A stretch of DNA of 64,000 nt, from the IMG/VR virus record IMGVR_UViG_3300010429_001264; one strand, given 5' to 3'. The position numbers and the translations under genes were made by a program. The notes below the pieces were generated by a model that was given only the letters and a program-made list of their open reading frames with translations, made no database searches and was not told where the DNA came from. Origin of the DNA: a virus. Taxonomy: Duplodnaviria > Caudoviricetes. This document shows, piece by piece, positions 1 to 10,586 of the stretch. Numbering within the stretch: position 1 is the stretch's first letter; each line of letters opens with the position of its first letter.

Positions 1-719
1 TGTTCGTGTAATAAAGCGACGACCATTTTTTGTTTTTTGTAGTGGTTAGAGTCTTTCTTTTTTCTAGCCAAGGATCGCTGCTCTATCCTCAACTTTTTCA
101 TAGCAGATTTAAAGAAATCTTGGTTCTTGAATTTCTTTCCATCTGAAGTTATTACAAAATCTTTTATACCTAAATCTAAACCAACCGTTGTTTGATCTAT
201 AATAGGTTTCTTTTCAGGTTTTAACTCACCAGTATCAATCAATATAGATACATAATATTTATTTGTTATTGTTCGTGATACGGTGACGGTTTTGATCAAA
301 CCTTTAAATTCTCTGTGTAAATCAATATCAACCAATTTTAGTTTAGGTATGAAAATCTGTTTATCATTTTCCAAATATACTCCTTGAGGTAATTGAAATG
401 ATTGTTTTCCAAATTTTCTTTTAAACTTGGGAAAACCGCCACCTCTAAAAAAATTTGTATAGGCATTATCCAGATTTCTTAAACTCATTTGTAATGCCTG
501 TGAAGGACTTTCCTTTAACCAAGGAGCATCTGTATCTTTAAGTTCTTTAACTTGATTTGCTAAATCAATGCAGGTATAGTTCTTTTTATTTCCTATGTAG
601 GCTTGAATTTTTGTTTCTAAACCAAGATTATATACAAACCTAACTTGACCAAAAATATGATACATCATATCTTTCTGCTCTTGATTGGGGTATATCCTAT
701 ATTTAAATGATTTTAGCAT
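1..719 (-). CDS. tnpB: IS200/IS605-family TnpB RNA-guided endonuclease (3' part outside window)
   Basis: Manual translation from the ATG at 719 gives MLKSFKYRIYPNQEQK...FGQVRFVYN...LDNAYTNFF..GFPKFKKK...VGLDLGIKDFVITSDG (RuvC-I motif). Absent from the ORF track because it runs off the window. Confidence 0.93.
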   Translation of the reverse strand, partial: MLKSFKYRIYPNQEQKDMMYHIFGQVRFVYNLGLETKIQAYIGNKKNYTCIDLANQVKELKDTDAPWLKESPSQALQMSLRNLDNAYTNFFRGGGFPKFKRKFGKQSFQLPQGVYLENDKQIFIPKLKLVDIDLHREFKGLIKTVTVSRTITNKYYVSILIDTGELKPEKKPIIDQTTVGLDLGIKDFVITSDGKKFKNQDFFKSAMKKLRIEQRSLARKKKDSNHYKKQKMVVALLHE

Positions 720-818
720 TTTTACAAAAAACTTTTTCGATTTGTAAGTATATATAATTAAAAATATATCACTTTTTTCCATTTTTAAAAATGGTTTAAA
801 ATGATTAAAGGGATTGGT

Positions 819-863
819 GTCAAATTCATCAGCTACACTAAAGATGTAGTTGTTTTCTTTGAC
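819..863. mobile_element. Subterminal hairpin of the IS200/IS605-like element
   Basis: Imperfect palindrome GTCAAA-TTCAT-CAGCTACA-CTAAAGA-TGTAGTTG-TTTTC-TTTGAC about 100 bp upstream of tnpB; no tnpA is visible. Confidence 0.6.
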
Positions 864-868
864 GGATT

Positions 869-1186
869 CTATAAAATTCCAAATATTTTATTTGAATTCA
901 AAAATTGATCTTCTATATAAAAATCGATATTAAATTCAATAAAATTGTTTTTTAGAATCTCTTTTATAGAAATATTTGAATAATATATTGAAAGTGTGAC
1001 AATATCTTTTTTTAGAATGTTTATAAAAAAAGATATGCCATATTTGTCTTTAAGATCCAGATAATATTTATCTTTAGAAAAATTATCATCTATAATTTTA
1101 TGAACGTCTAACATTATATCAGATACATATTTATCCACTTTTTCTATTATTAAATATGTTTTGAAGTTTTTGATCATTTTTTCCAA
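869..1186 (-). CDS. Hypothetical protein
   Basis: ORF track; near-N-terminal MIKNFKTYLIIE resembles the shared leader motif. Confidence 0.55.
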   Translation of the reverse strand: MEKMIKNFKTYLIIEKVDKYVSDIMLDVHKIIDDNFSKDKYYLDLKDKYGISFFINILKKDIVTLSIYYSNISIKEILKNNFIEFNIDFYIEDQFLNSNKIFGIL

Positions 1187-1264
1187 TTTATAATATATAT
1201 AAATTGAATATATTTTGTTTAGAAAAAAATATTATAAGTAAATATTTTTATATATAAGTTACAT

Positions 1265-1420
1265 ATGAAACACGTGAAACTATACGAACAATTTGATTTG
1301 GATGATCTATCAGATGAAGATATTTTTGGTAAAAAAACAGATCCAGAAGTTGGGGATAAAATTCGAGTTGGTTTAAATGATATCAAACTCAACCATCAAT
1401 TCTTCTTCTGCCTGTTTTAA
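1265..1420 (+). pseudogene. Truncated member of the YEQF/DDFSDEELFG family
   Basis: Manual translation MKHVKLYEQFDLDDLSDEDIFGKKTDPEVGDKIRV..., paralogous to the ORF at 9774; runs into the convergent polymerase 3' end. Confidence 0.65.
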
Positions 1421-2890
1421 CTCTCTTTTATATTCTTCGATGTCTTCACGATCTTTATTCATCATACCCTTATATTTCTTTCTATCGCCATATATATCCG
1501 TCATAACTTGATTAACGACACCGGTCTCATTTTTGAAGACGGTGCCGTTCAATAATATTATATCTGTAGGCTCGAGATCCACCCTATGATCATTAAATAT
1601 AGCATATTTCTTATCTGGCGACAGGACGCCTTTATACGAATCAGCCGATATATTAAACATTCTCATCGTTGTTGGATAAAGGCTCGCGAAATCATAACAA
1701 GAAACCCAAGTCGCCATTTTACCCTTAACTGGATCTTTTACCCATCCACCCTTAACTGCTTTCTCAGCATCATCAACCAAATTTTGTTGCATTGAATCGT
1801 TTTCCAATCTACATAAAATGATATTTCTTTCTTTTTTCAATTTCTTTCTCAAAATTCCTTCTGTAACAGGCAGTGTGCTGTAAGCGTCAAGAACTCTTAT
1901 TCTGGATAATGTGGATATACCATAAAGAATATCTATCCATTTTGTTTTTTCATGTATCTTTTGTACAAGAATAGAGTCAACAGCATTATAATAAATAAAC
2001 TTTTTATAATCTTGTTTAGCTAACGTTTTCAAAGTTCCTTCATAATTTACTTTTCTAAGTTTTAGAATATTATAAGAAACAAAATCCAAAGAATCAGATT
2101 CTTTAACTTTTATGGTCGTGTCCCATTTTTGATATAGTTCCATATAGTCTATGATGAGTCTATGGGCCGGCATTTCACAATATGATTCTTTATCTTTTCC
2201 AGTTTTATTGTCTCTTTTAAAGGGAGGTCTTAAAACTCTAGTAAAAGACGATACAGATGGGTCTATCCCTATCTTACGAGCCCGATTTATTAAATAAACC
2301 CAATCGTATTCAGTAAAATTCCACCCAGTTAGAACAGCCATTTTAGGAACATATTTGTTGAAGAAATTGAATATCATATCATATTCATTTCTATATTTTA
2401 TAAACTTGAATTCATATGTGGTACCAAATTTTATAAAATAGTTATTTATATCTTCTTCTATGGACGATATATCAGTATTTGATAGATCTTCTATGCCCAT
2501 AACAAGAACTTTATTTTTATTAACTATGGATATTGATTGGATGGCTCCTTCTGCCAAATGTGGAGTTGGTTTTGTGTCTAGAATTTCATTTTCAATATCA
2601 ATAAAATATATGTCAGCTTCAACATATTTAAAAACATCATCCTGCTCTTCCTGTGGTAAATTATCTAGAAAATCATAAACAGAATAACGGTCTGGTCTTC
2701 TAGTGTACACTTTTTTCACACTACAACCATCCCAAGTAACATATTTTCCATCTTTATCTCTATCATCATCATCACAAATAATAAACTTTTGAGGATTGGG
2801 CCATTTATAACTTTTCATCTTTATGTGCCCACTATCCGATATGTATGAAACTTTTAGATCCTGTTTTATATACTCATAATCAACTATCAT
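1373..2890 (-). CDS. Family B DNA polymerase, N-terminal subunit (3'-5' exonuclease plus motif A)
   Basis: ExoI DIE, ExoII GWNFTEYD, ExoIII YNAVD and motif A YDFASLYPT; ends after DRKKYK in the fingers, lacking motifs B and C. Confidence 0.93.
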   Translation of the reverse strand: MIVDYEYIKQDLKVSYISDSGHIKMKSYKWPNPQKFIICDDDDRDKDGKYVTWDGCSVKKVYTRRPDRYSVYDFLDNLPQEEQDDVFKYVEADIYFIDIENEILDTKPTPHLAEGAIQSISIVNKNKVLVMGIEDLSNTDISSIEEDINNYFIKFGTTYEFKFIKYRNEYDMIFNFFNKYVPKMAVLTGWNFTEYDWVYLINRARKIGIDPSVSSFTRVLRPPFKRDNKTGKDKESYCEMPAHRLIIDYMELYQKWDTTIKVKESDSLDFVSYNILKLRKVNYEGTLKTLAKQDYKKFIYYNAVDSILVQKIHEKTKWIDILYGISTLSRIRVLDAYSTLPVTEGILRKKLKKERNIILCRLENDSMQQNLVDDAEKAVKGGWVKDPVKGKMATWVSCYDFASLYPTTMRMFNISADSYKGVLSPDKKYAIFNDHRVDLEPTDIILLNGTVFKNETGVVNQVMTDIYGDRKKYKGMMNKDREDIEEYKRELKQAEEELMVEFDII

Positions 2891-2925
2891 TTTATTTAAC
2901 CATTTTATTTTAATATATATTTTAT

Positions 2926-3150
2926 ATGGACAAAAGTTTAATCATTAAAAAATTTATAATGGTTCATGGTAACGAATATGATTATTCTTTAGTCGATTAC
3001 ACAGTAAACTGGTTTGGTGGAGAAGATTCTTTAAAAAAACAAATAATTAAAGATTCTATAAAAACGGAATACTGCCAAGATAATAAAATTATTTTAATAA
3101 GAATAAAATATGATGAAAATATAGATTTAAAATTAAAACATCTATCATAG
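2926..3150 (+). pseudogene. Internally deleted homing endonuclease remnant
   Basis: N-terminal HGNEYDYSLVDY is joined directly to a C-terminal WFGGE...KTEYCQDNKIILIRIKY that resembles the end of ORF 11626-12009. Confidence 0.65.
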
Positions 3151-3255
3151 AAAAAATAAATTCTTTTTTTAATATATAGTGAATATAAAATGTTATAAAC
3201 GGAAAGGGGTAATTTTACTCTTACACTTTGTAAGTTTACATCTTTTGCTAAGTCT

Positions 3256-3525
3256 TTAATTTTCATTCTCTTTTGAATTAAAATCATCTTCTACAACCTT
3301 AAATAATCTATTCACTTCTTTAGCGTTCTCTTCAGCACTGTCTATATAACATATTGCCTCAGAAAGGCCGTCTGGAAATTCAATCTTTGTTATTAGTTCT
3401 TCTTGTGCCCCTTCTGTATCATAATCTATCATACAGAAATCAACGGGAATAGTGGACATTACATTCTGCACCATTCCCCCGTCTACAGTTATTATAATTT
3501 TTGGTATCATTTTAATCGTTATCAA
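3256..3525 (-). CDS. Hypothetical phage protein
   Basis: ORF track. Confidence 0.6.
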   Translation of the reverse strand: MITIKMIPKIIITVDGGMVQNVMSTIPVDFCMIDYDTEGAQEELITKIEFPDGLSEAICYIDSAEENAKEVNRLFKVVEDDFNSKENEN

Positions 3526-3556
3526 TTATGAATATTTTGCCATCTATTTTTAGCTG

Positions 3557-3739
3557 CTATGTTTTCCTGTGCTTTGCCCCGTTGTGTGTGATTCCGTTTG
3601 CTTTGGCATAGTTGGTTTTTGTTTTCAGATTCAGGATAGAAGCACAGTATTCAATTATTTGAACTAAATCAGAGTTACTTAATTCACCTTCAAATGAGGC
3701 TTTAAATAGTGAATCCTTTATCTGCTGTGCCTTTGACAT
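3557..3739 (-). CDS. Small hypothetical protein
   Basis: ORF track. Confidence 0.5.
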   Translation of the reverse strand: MSKAQQIKDSLFKASFEGELSNSDLVQIIEYCASILNLKTKTNYAKANGITHNGAKHRKT

Positions 3740-3784
3740 TGTTCAATTTTTTTAAGTGTTTTTAGCCATTAGTTAGCAGTAATA

Positions 3785-4564
3785 CTACATTCCATCTCCG
3801 AATGAAGTTACTACGTTAAATTCTTTTTCTTTTCTTTTTTCTCCCACCCTTTTTAAAGAAATATTGAAATGTTTTTCATCATTTTCAATCCCAATAAAAT
3901 TACGATTGGTGTTTATACAAGCAATTCCAGTTGTGCAACTTCCAAATGTGTTGTCCAAAATTGTATCACCTTCGTTACTGTATGATTTTACTAACCATTC
4001 AATTAATTCAATTGGTTTTTGTGTGCTATGTAATTGGTCTTGCCTTCTCCACTTTTGTTGAAAAAATTGAACAGTTGAAGGATACCTAAAACCATCATTT
4101 GAGGTTTCACTTTCAGAAACTACACCAAGTTTATGATTGTTTGGTTTATCTCCTTTATTTGCCTTTCGTTTCCTATAATAAGGTTCACCTTCTTCAAGTT
4201 GTGGATTGTAAACAACTTTACCTTTTCCGAATATCAAAATGTTTTCGTGTTTTTGAACTGGTCTATATTTAGCAGTAAATGAACTACCGCATTTTGATTT
4301 GTGCCAAATTATTTCATACTTATACATTTTCTCATTTGATAATGCTAATTTATAAGTAAACAATCCTGTTCCAAATAAAGCAATAGCACCATCGTCTTTA
4401 ATAATTCTTCTGTATTGTTCCCAAAGTTGTTCAAATGGTATTATAATATCCCAATGGTTTTTAGTTGAACCATAAGGTAAATCACAGCAAATAAAGTCAA
4501 TACTTTTATCAGGTATCAATTTCATTTGTTCTATTGTATCACCGTATCTTAAATCTATTGTCAT
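3785..4564 (-). CDS. Site-specific DNA methyltransferase (N4/N6, beta class)
   Basis: Catalytic DLPY near the N-terminus, HSTQKP, and the SAM-binding DNTFGSCTTG near the C-terminus. Confidence 0.92.
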   Translation of the reverse strand: MTIDLRYGDTIEQMKLIPDKSIDFICCDLPYGSTKNHWDIIIPFEQLWEQYRRIIKDDGAIALFGTGLFTYKLALSNEKMYKYEIIWHKSKCGSSFTAKYRPVQKHENILIFGKGKVVYNPQLEEGEPYYRKRKANKGDKPNNHKLGVVSESETSNDGFRYPSTVQFFQQKWRRQDQLHSTQKPIELIEWLVKSYSNEGDTILDNTFGSCTTGIACINTNRNFIGIENDEKHFNISLKRVGEKRKEKEFNVVTSFGDGM

Positions 4565-4654
4565 AATTTTATTTTAATATTTTTCCACAGCACAAAAAAA
4601 AGAAAAGAAAAAGGTTCTGTTCTCCGATTGAACATCTGTGATAATTTACCGTAC

Positions 4655-4787
4655 TACTGCTAACATCGTGTATAAAACATAATGGGTTCAGTGGTATATT
4701 TAAAGTTCGTACTTCTATTATAGTTCATTTTATGTTGAAAGTTTAGTGCTTCTAATCCATTACGTTTCATACACGCAGCCGTTATGT
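4655..4787 (+). mobile_element. attC-like recombination site
   Basis: CTGCTAAC ... GTTATGT ends enclosing an inverted repeat (CGTGTATAAAACATAATGGGTT / AATCCATTACGTTTCATACACG). Confidence 0.6.
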
Positions 4788-5227
4788 TTCAGTTGCGCCA
4801 AACTCTCGGTGCAGAAAGAAGCGCAACCGAAAACATAACAGCGTGTATAATAAACCAATAATAGTTGAGTGTACAAGCAGGAGTGCTAAGTGTCTAATTC
4901 TACACTTCCCCAAATTATTAATCCAATTATTATTAATCCAGCCATAATATTTAATAACGCCCATAATAAATTATGTGGGTATCTTGCTAATCCATCAGAA
5001 ATCAAAAATATAAAGAATATTCAGATTGGTATAATAGTATAAGAGATATTGTTCAAAACAAATATTTATCGAAATTAGAAAAATTTATTCAAAAAATAAA
5101 TTTAGGTTCTCAAAATGAGATATATTATTATGATTTTAGAGATAATGAAAAAAATTTTTATAACTCAAATATAGAATTCATAAAGAAAAAAGATGAACAA
5201 TTATCAAAAATTCCATTAGATTATCCG

Positions 5228-5884
5228 TTGAAAGATATTTTTATTGAGAATAGGAAAAAGGTAACTATATCATTGGATGAAGCTTTAAAAAAATTGAACA
5301 CACCATTATTATATAGAGGAGACATTAGATTCAATTTTGCTTTTACAAGAAATGATGATGAATTTAAAAGAATTTTATATCGTGATCTCACACATAGTAC
5401 TAGTTCTAATGCCGGTAGAGCCATATATCTTACAGTATCACCAAACGAATCGAATGGCTCGGCAGCGTATTACGCCATGCTAAGATTATTTCAAAAATAT
5501 GATCAACTCAAAAGGCCTAATAACTATTGGGAATATTCTTATTATCCTGTAATATACAGAATAAAACTATCAGACGATTTTCTTTTTCAAAATGGCGGAG
5601 TTTCTACAGATTATACCACAGAACAAATGAATAAATATTTATCTCTAGGGATAGATGGATGTTTCTCCACTAATCGACAACCAGGCGGAGGCGGAATAGA
5701 ATTACCAATCTTCAATGTTAAAAAAATTATCGGTTTTGAAATCGATCCAAAATCCGATGAATTGATTGATGAATATATTCATAAATATGGAAACGATGAA
5801 TATTATAAAATATTTAATATGGTGAAACCACATAAACAGGAAATAATGGATAGATATAAACAAAATTTAAATTTAAATCTTTAA
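5228..5884 (+). CDS. Hypothetical protein, possibly ADP-ribosyltransferase-like fold
   Basis: LYRG...GRAIYLT...AAYYA pattern; weak. Confidence 0.45.
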   Translation: MKDIFIENRKKVTISLDEALKKLNTPLLYRGDIRFNFAFTRNDDEFKRILYRDLTHSTSSNAGRAIYLTVSPNESNGSAAYYAMLRLFQKYDQLKRPNNYWEYSYYPVIYRIKLSDDFLFQNGGVSTDYTTEQMNKYLSLGIDGCFSTNRQPGGGGIELPIFNVKKIIGFEIDPKSDELIDEYIHKYGNDEYYKIFNMVKPHKQEIMDRYKQNLNLNL

Positions 5885-5941
5885 ATTCAAACTTTTTAAT
5901 CAAAAAATAATATAATCATTATATTAAAGAAATTCTTTCTA

Positions 5942-6154
5942 ATGGATAAAGCTAGAAGAAACCAGTTGCGTCAATCTCACTATAAAAAAAGATTAAAAAA
6001 TTTAGGGCTAAAAGAAACCGATAAAGATATAAATTTACATTGTTTTAAAGATCAAGGTAAACCCTGTTCATGCCCAATATGTTCACCCGAGAAATATAAT
6101 AGAAAAGAAAAACATAAAAATAAAGATATTGATGAAAGTTTGATAGAAGAATAG
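5942..6154 (+). CDS. Small basic protein with CSCPIC motif
   Basis: ORF track; AAACTT..TATAAT element upstream. Confidence 0.6.
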   Translation: MDKARRNQLRQSHYKKRLKNLGLKETDKDINLHCFKDQGKPCSCPICSPEKYNRKEKHKNKDIDESLIEE

Positions 6155-6568
6155 TTATGCACTAAAAACTTCATCTTTTAGATTTATAAAATTTTCTGTA
6201 TTTCCAGCCAAATCGACATCTTTAAAATTTCTTACCCACATAAAAGCATTGTGCTCACCAGATAATATAACATGTTGTTTTTCTTTCAGTTTCAACCAAT
6301 AAATATAAACTGTAAACCCTGTCATAGATTTTTTTTCTCCAACATATATTAAATCAGAATCTTTTGCAATTATTCCAGTTTCTTCATAGAGTTCTCTTAC
6401 GGCAGCTTCTATTTTTTCTTCACCTGGATCAATTTTTCCACCAGGTAATCCCCACTGATTGTAGAACATTTTGGAATTTCTTTTCAGCAACAATATTTCA
6501 TTATTATATTCAACAATTATAACACTCGCTCGTGTTGATTTTACAAAATTTTCAAATAAAAGTATCAT
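6155..6568 (-). CDS. NUDIX hydrolase
   Basis: Nudix box GGKIDPGEEKIEAAVRELYEETG. Confidence 0.95.
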   Translation of the reverse strand: MILLFENFVKSTRASVIIVEYNNEILLLKRNSKMFYNQWGLPGGKIDPGEEKIEAAVRELYEETGIIAKDSDLIYVGEKKSMTGFTVYIYWLKLKEKQHVILSGEHNAFMWVRNFKDVDLAGNTENFINLKDEVFSA

Positions 6569-7998
6569 TTTTTATAGAATTTTTTTATTAACTCTTCGGC
6601 TTCTTCCTTTGTCATATTTGGATTATCTAGATATGAATCCTTCAATTTTTGCATTATTTCGCCAACGATGCGACCCTTACCTATATTTAAAATTCTCATA
6701 ACATCATCTCCGTTCAATGGAGGCTTTACTATTGGAACGCCATCAAATTCTTCTAGCTCTTTTAATTTTTTTCTTATGTTTTGTATTTGATCTGGCATAC
6801 AATATTCTTTAGCATGAGAAACATTATCGGCATGAATCAAATCCAATAATCTATCCAAATTTTCACCCAAATCTAATTTTAATTTTCTGAGAGATCTTCG
6901 AGTCATAATACCAGAATTTCCACTCGATTTTGTCCTCATATGATTGACTATGATTTCCACTACATCTCTTATAAAAACATTTGGATATTTTAATCTTCTT
7001 AGAATGTCAGATGCTATATGCCCGCTCATTTCTTCGTGATCATAAAAATGAATTACTCCCTCATCATTTGACATAGTTTTATATTTTCCTATATCGTGAA
7101 AAAGCGCAGCCATTCTCGTCACTAAATCTGGTGGCGTGTTTTTTAAAACCCTCAAAGTATGTGTCATCGCATCGGAGTCGTGATATTTATTCTGTTGGAG
7201 ACCTATGAGTTTATCAAGTTCTGGGAAGATATATTTGCTCAAACCCGTAAATTGTATTAATTTTATAGCTTTATCTGGCTCGTTAGTCATCAACATTTTA
7301 GAAAGTTCGTTGTTTATTCTTTCAAATGAAATATATGTTATTTTCTTGGAATTCTTCATTATACTTTTTATCATAAATAAGGGGAGTTTCCAGTTATATT
7401 TTGTTGATACTTTTATGGCCCTCATCATGCGAAGAGGATCTTCTGTGAAAATAATATCTGGATCCAGAGTGGTTCTCACGACACCATCTTTTAAATCTCC
7501 TTTTCCCAACCCGGTGGGATCTATAATCTCATCATTTGTTAAATTTTTAAACATAGAGTTGACTGTCAGGTCTCTTCTTTCCGAGTCCTTTTCAATTGAA
7601 GAAAATTTTACTTCTGGTTTTCTAGATTTATCTTCATACTCCTCTGACCTCGGCATGACAGCTTCTATATCGACATCAGATAAATCATATTCTCCAAATT
7701 TTATTCCTATCAAATTGAATTTCGCTGTGCCGAACCTTGGGTACATTATTGGATTGGATCCTTTTTTATAGATGTTCAATTTTTTTGTTATCCATTCAGA
7801 AAATTCAATTCCACCATTTTCCTTGTCTACCATTAAATCTAAATCATTTGGAATATCTCCCAGCAACTCATCTCTTACATATCCCCCAGCTGCATACACT
7901 CTATTATCCCATTCGGTGCCATTTATTAATGATTTTATGAAATCATAAGCAGCATTTACCTTGTTATATTTTTTATATTTATTGAACTCTACAATCAT
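6565..7998 (-). CDS. cca: CCA tRNA nucleotidyltransferase with HD domain
   Basis: GGYVRD...DLD, RRDLTVN, EDPLRMMRA and ALFHDIGK motifs. Confidence 0.92.
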   Translation of the reverse strand: MIVEFNKYKKYNKVNAAYDFIKSLINGTEWDNRVYAAGGYVRDELLGDIPNDLDLMVDKENGGIEFSEWITKKLNIYKKGSNPIMYPRFGTAKFNLIGIKFGEYDLSDVDIEAVMPRSEEYEDKSRKPEVKFSSIEKDSERRDLTVNSMFKNLTNDEIIDPTGLGKGDLKDGVVRTTLDPDIIFTEDPLRMMRAIKVSTKYNWKLPLFMIKSIMKNSKKITYISFERINNELSKMLMTNEPDKAIKLIQFTGLSKYIFPELDKLIGLQQNKYHDSDAMTHTLRVLKNTPPDLVTRMAALFHDIGKYKTMSNDEGVIHFYDHEEMSGHIASDILRRLKYPNVFIRDVVEIIVNHMRTKSSGNSGIMTRRSLRKLKLDLGENLDRLLDLIHADNVSHAKEYCMPDQIQNIRKKLKELEEFDGVPIVKPPLNGDDVMRILNIGKGRIVGEIMQKLKDSYLDNPNMTKEEAEELIKKFYKK

Positions 7999-8321
7999 TA
8001 TATGTGTATAATATTTTCTTTTTTCAAAATATCCGTTAATAATATATCTTTTAAATTTTTTAAGTTTTTTCTAATATAATTTTCCCATAAATATATATAT
8101 TTATAATTGTTAGATTTTATGAATTCTATTTTTTTCTCCGATCGAATTCTTTTTTAAATATTGGATATATTTCACTAGCCGTCAAACCACTATCTATAAA
8201 CATATAATTCATTGAGACAATTCGTTTCTTTATCACTCCATTCCATTATAGTTTTATTTTTTATTAATATATATTATAAATTTATTATCGTAATATTCTA
8301 TGTGGATCGTGTATTATCATA

Positions 8322-9359
8322 TCAATAATATTTAATATCTTTTTCTTTAAAATAATTTTCCATATCGTCTCTTTGATGTGGAGTTATATTATTACCTATG
8401 TCAAAGAAAATACTTTTCAGTTTATCTAATTTTTTTATTCTACTAAAATCAGATAAATTATTTGAACTGCAAGAGAATTCTTCCAAATTGATCAATCTTT
8501 CTATTCCATCTAAGTTTTTTAGATCATTATTACTAATATAAAATTTTCTCAAGTTTATTAAATTCTCTGTTCCTTCCAAACTTGTTATTCTATTTGAAGA
8601 CAGATTTAAAAAAGTTATATCAACAAGATTTCTCACCTCTTTTAAACTTGATATTCTATTATTATAGCAATTTAATTTTTTTAATTTTGTAAATTTTTCT
8701 ATTCCAGCTAGACTTGTCAATTTAGAATTTGAGCAATCTATTTCAATAGCATCTTCTGATTTAGGATGATCTTTTAACCAGTCATTCAAACTTTTTTCTT
8801 TCACTGATTCTATTTTGTCTTTAATTAAATTGATGACTCTTTCACAATTATGTAAAACTCTGACATAAACTGGGGCCATTCTAATATTACTCAGTTTCTG
8901 GTAATATATAGTTATTGCCCAAGACCCTCTAACTAATTCAGCATCAAATCTTAAAGTCGCATTAATTTTATCTAGTTTTTTATTGGCTCTATAAATGTAA
9001 TCCTTAGCATTATAATATGATTTCGCCCATATTAATTTATCATTTAATGTGTCGTTATATATTTGTGTTAATATATCTCCTTCAGTTTTTGGTTGAAAAG
9101 ATAATTTTGATAATTGATGTGACTCACAAACCGCGATAGTTCCATCCTCAAATTTAATTTTATATTTAGTTGTCATATCATATATCTTCTTACCCATTTC
9201 AGCTATTATTTTGCACTTTTTGCCAAAATAAGATTGCGGCATTTTTGTTTCATAAACATTCAAAGTTCCCTTGACGTCTTCATCATAGATTCTGTTTGGT
9301 AAATATCCATTTTTTATATATTTACACTCATCACCAACCTTTAAATTTTTATCTTGCAT
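8322..9359 (-). CDS. Leucine-rich repeat protein
   Basis: C-terminal 22-aa LRRs (LxxLxCxxNxIxSL). Confidence 0.85.
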   Translation of the reverse strand: MQDKNLKVGDECKYIKNGYLPNRIYDEDVKGTLNVYETKMPQSYFGKKCKIIAEMGKKIYDMTTKYKIKFEDGTIAVCESHQLSKLSFQPKTEGDILTQIYNDTLNDKLIWAKSYYNAKDYIYRANKKLDKINATLRFDAELVRGSWAITIYYQKLSNIRMAPVYVRVLHNCERVINLIKDKIESVKEKSLNDWLKDHPKSEDAIEIDCSNSKLTSLAGIEKFTKLKKLNCYNNRISSLKEVRNLVDITFLNLSSNRITSLEGTENLINLRKFYISNNDLKNLDGIERLINLEEFSCSSNNLSDFSRIKKLDKLKSIFFDIGNNITPHQRDDMENYFKEKDIKYY

Positions 9360-9371
9360 TAAAAATTTTTT

Positions 9372-9710
9372 TTAATTTTTCTTTGGCATTTCTTTATACA
9401 CCTTTAAAACGACCTCTAAAATGTCCTGAATAAGATTTTGATTATCCTGTATTCTGAACAAAAGAACTGGATTTTTTTTATTCTTCTTCATATAAATATC
9501 TATATAGCACATATAATTCATTTGTAATTGATTTTCAACTTCATCGTAATTATCGCTCGCTTTAAATATTAAATCTATGGTTGTTTCTTTTTCGTTTATT
9601 CTTCTTATTGAATAAAAATAACCTTTATCAGTATTTAGATACCAATGAAACTTATTTTCATTCGTATCTTTTAATATTTTTTCTAATATTTCAAAATTTT
9701 GAGATCTCAT
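9372..9710 (-). CDS. Hypothetical protein
   Basis: ORF track. Confidence 0.6.
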   Translation of the reverse strand: MRSQNFEILEKILKDTNENKFHWYLNTDKGYFYSIRRINEKETTIDLIFKASDNYDEVENQLQMNYMCYIDIYMKKNKKNPVLLFRIQDNQNLIQDILEVVLKVYKEMPKKN

Positions 9711-9773
9711 ATAAAATTACATATTTTTTATTATATATTAAATTATATTTTAATTTTTTTATATATAAAAAAT

Positions 9774-10583
9774 ATGAAGAGTTTGATGTTATACGAGCAA
9801 TTTGATTTTGATGATTTTTCAGATGAAGAACTTTTTGGTAAAGAAGATAATGATATAAAAGTTGGAGACAACGTTTTTCTAATAGATAGAACAAAAGCTT
9901 TATATGATCTTTATAATGAAAGATTCATTAATTCTGGCAATCCCATTAATTGGGACTTTATTGTGAGTGAAATAAGAAGTATCAAAGGTGAATTGTGTAT
10001 ACGTAGCATATCAACAAATTGGTATAAAATGAGTTGTTTTTCTAAAACTAAATGCATTAAAGAACAATTTAATTTAGACGATTTTTCAGACGAAGAACTT
10101 TTTGGCAAAAATGATGAAATTGAAGTTGGTGATATCGTTTTTCTAAAAAATAAAGAAAATGCTTTATATGATTATGATAAATTTGTCGATTCTGGGTATA
10201 ATATTAATTGGGCGATCAAAGTGAAAAAAATAAAAATTTTAAAGGGCGAGTTGTGTATATGTGGGGGTGGATTGAATTGGTATAAAGCTAGTTGTTTCTC
10301 TAAATATCTTAAAGAGCAATTTAATTTTGATGATTTTTCGGATGAAGAGCTTTTCGGAAATGATAAAAGTGAATTCAAAATCGGAGATAAAGTTAGAATA
10401 ATAAAAAATGATTGGTCAACTGGTAATTGGTTCATAAGAGATTATTTATATGACATATTGAGAATTGGATATATTAAAAAATATGGTGACGGGAGTGTAT
10501 ACCATGCCCTATACAAAAGAGATGATGATGGCGATTATACATTTATTATAAATTTGCCAGACAATGCCATAGAAAAAGTTTAA
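9774..10583 (+). CDS. Three-repeat protein (xxEQF-DDFSDEELFG-...VGD units)
   Basis: Likely start is the ATG at 9774, just after ATATATA; three tandem homologous units. Confidence 0.8.
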   Translation: MKSLMLYEQFDFDDFSDEELFGKEDNDIKVGDNVFLIDRTKALYDLYNERFINSGNPINWDFIVSEIRSIKGELCIRSISTNWYKMSCFSKTKCIKEQFNLDDFSDEELFGKNDEIEVGDIVFLKNKENALYDYDKFVDSGYNINWAIKVKKIKILKGELCICGGGLNWYKASCFSKYLKEQFNFDDFSDEELFGNDKSEFKIGDKVRIIKNDWSTGNWFIRDYLYDILRIGYIKKYGDGSVYHALYKRDDDGDYTFIINLPDNAIEKV

Positions 10584-10586
10584 CAT

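Noticed and set aside
7205-7771. 188-aa plus-strand ORF and similar short opposite-strand ORFs
   Set aside because: Antisense to well-supported genes, with no motifs.
9699-9773. Upstream start for the repeat protein
   Set aside because: The ATG at 9774 matches the family N-terminus and follows the ATATATA element.
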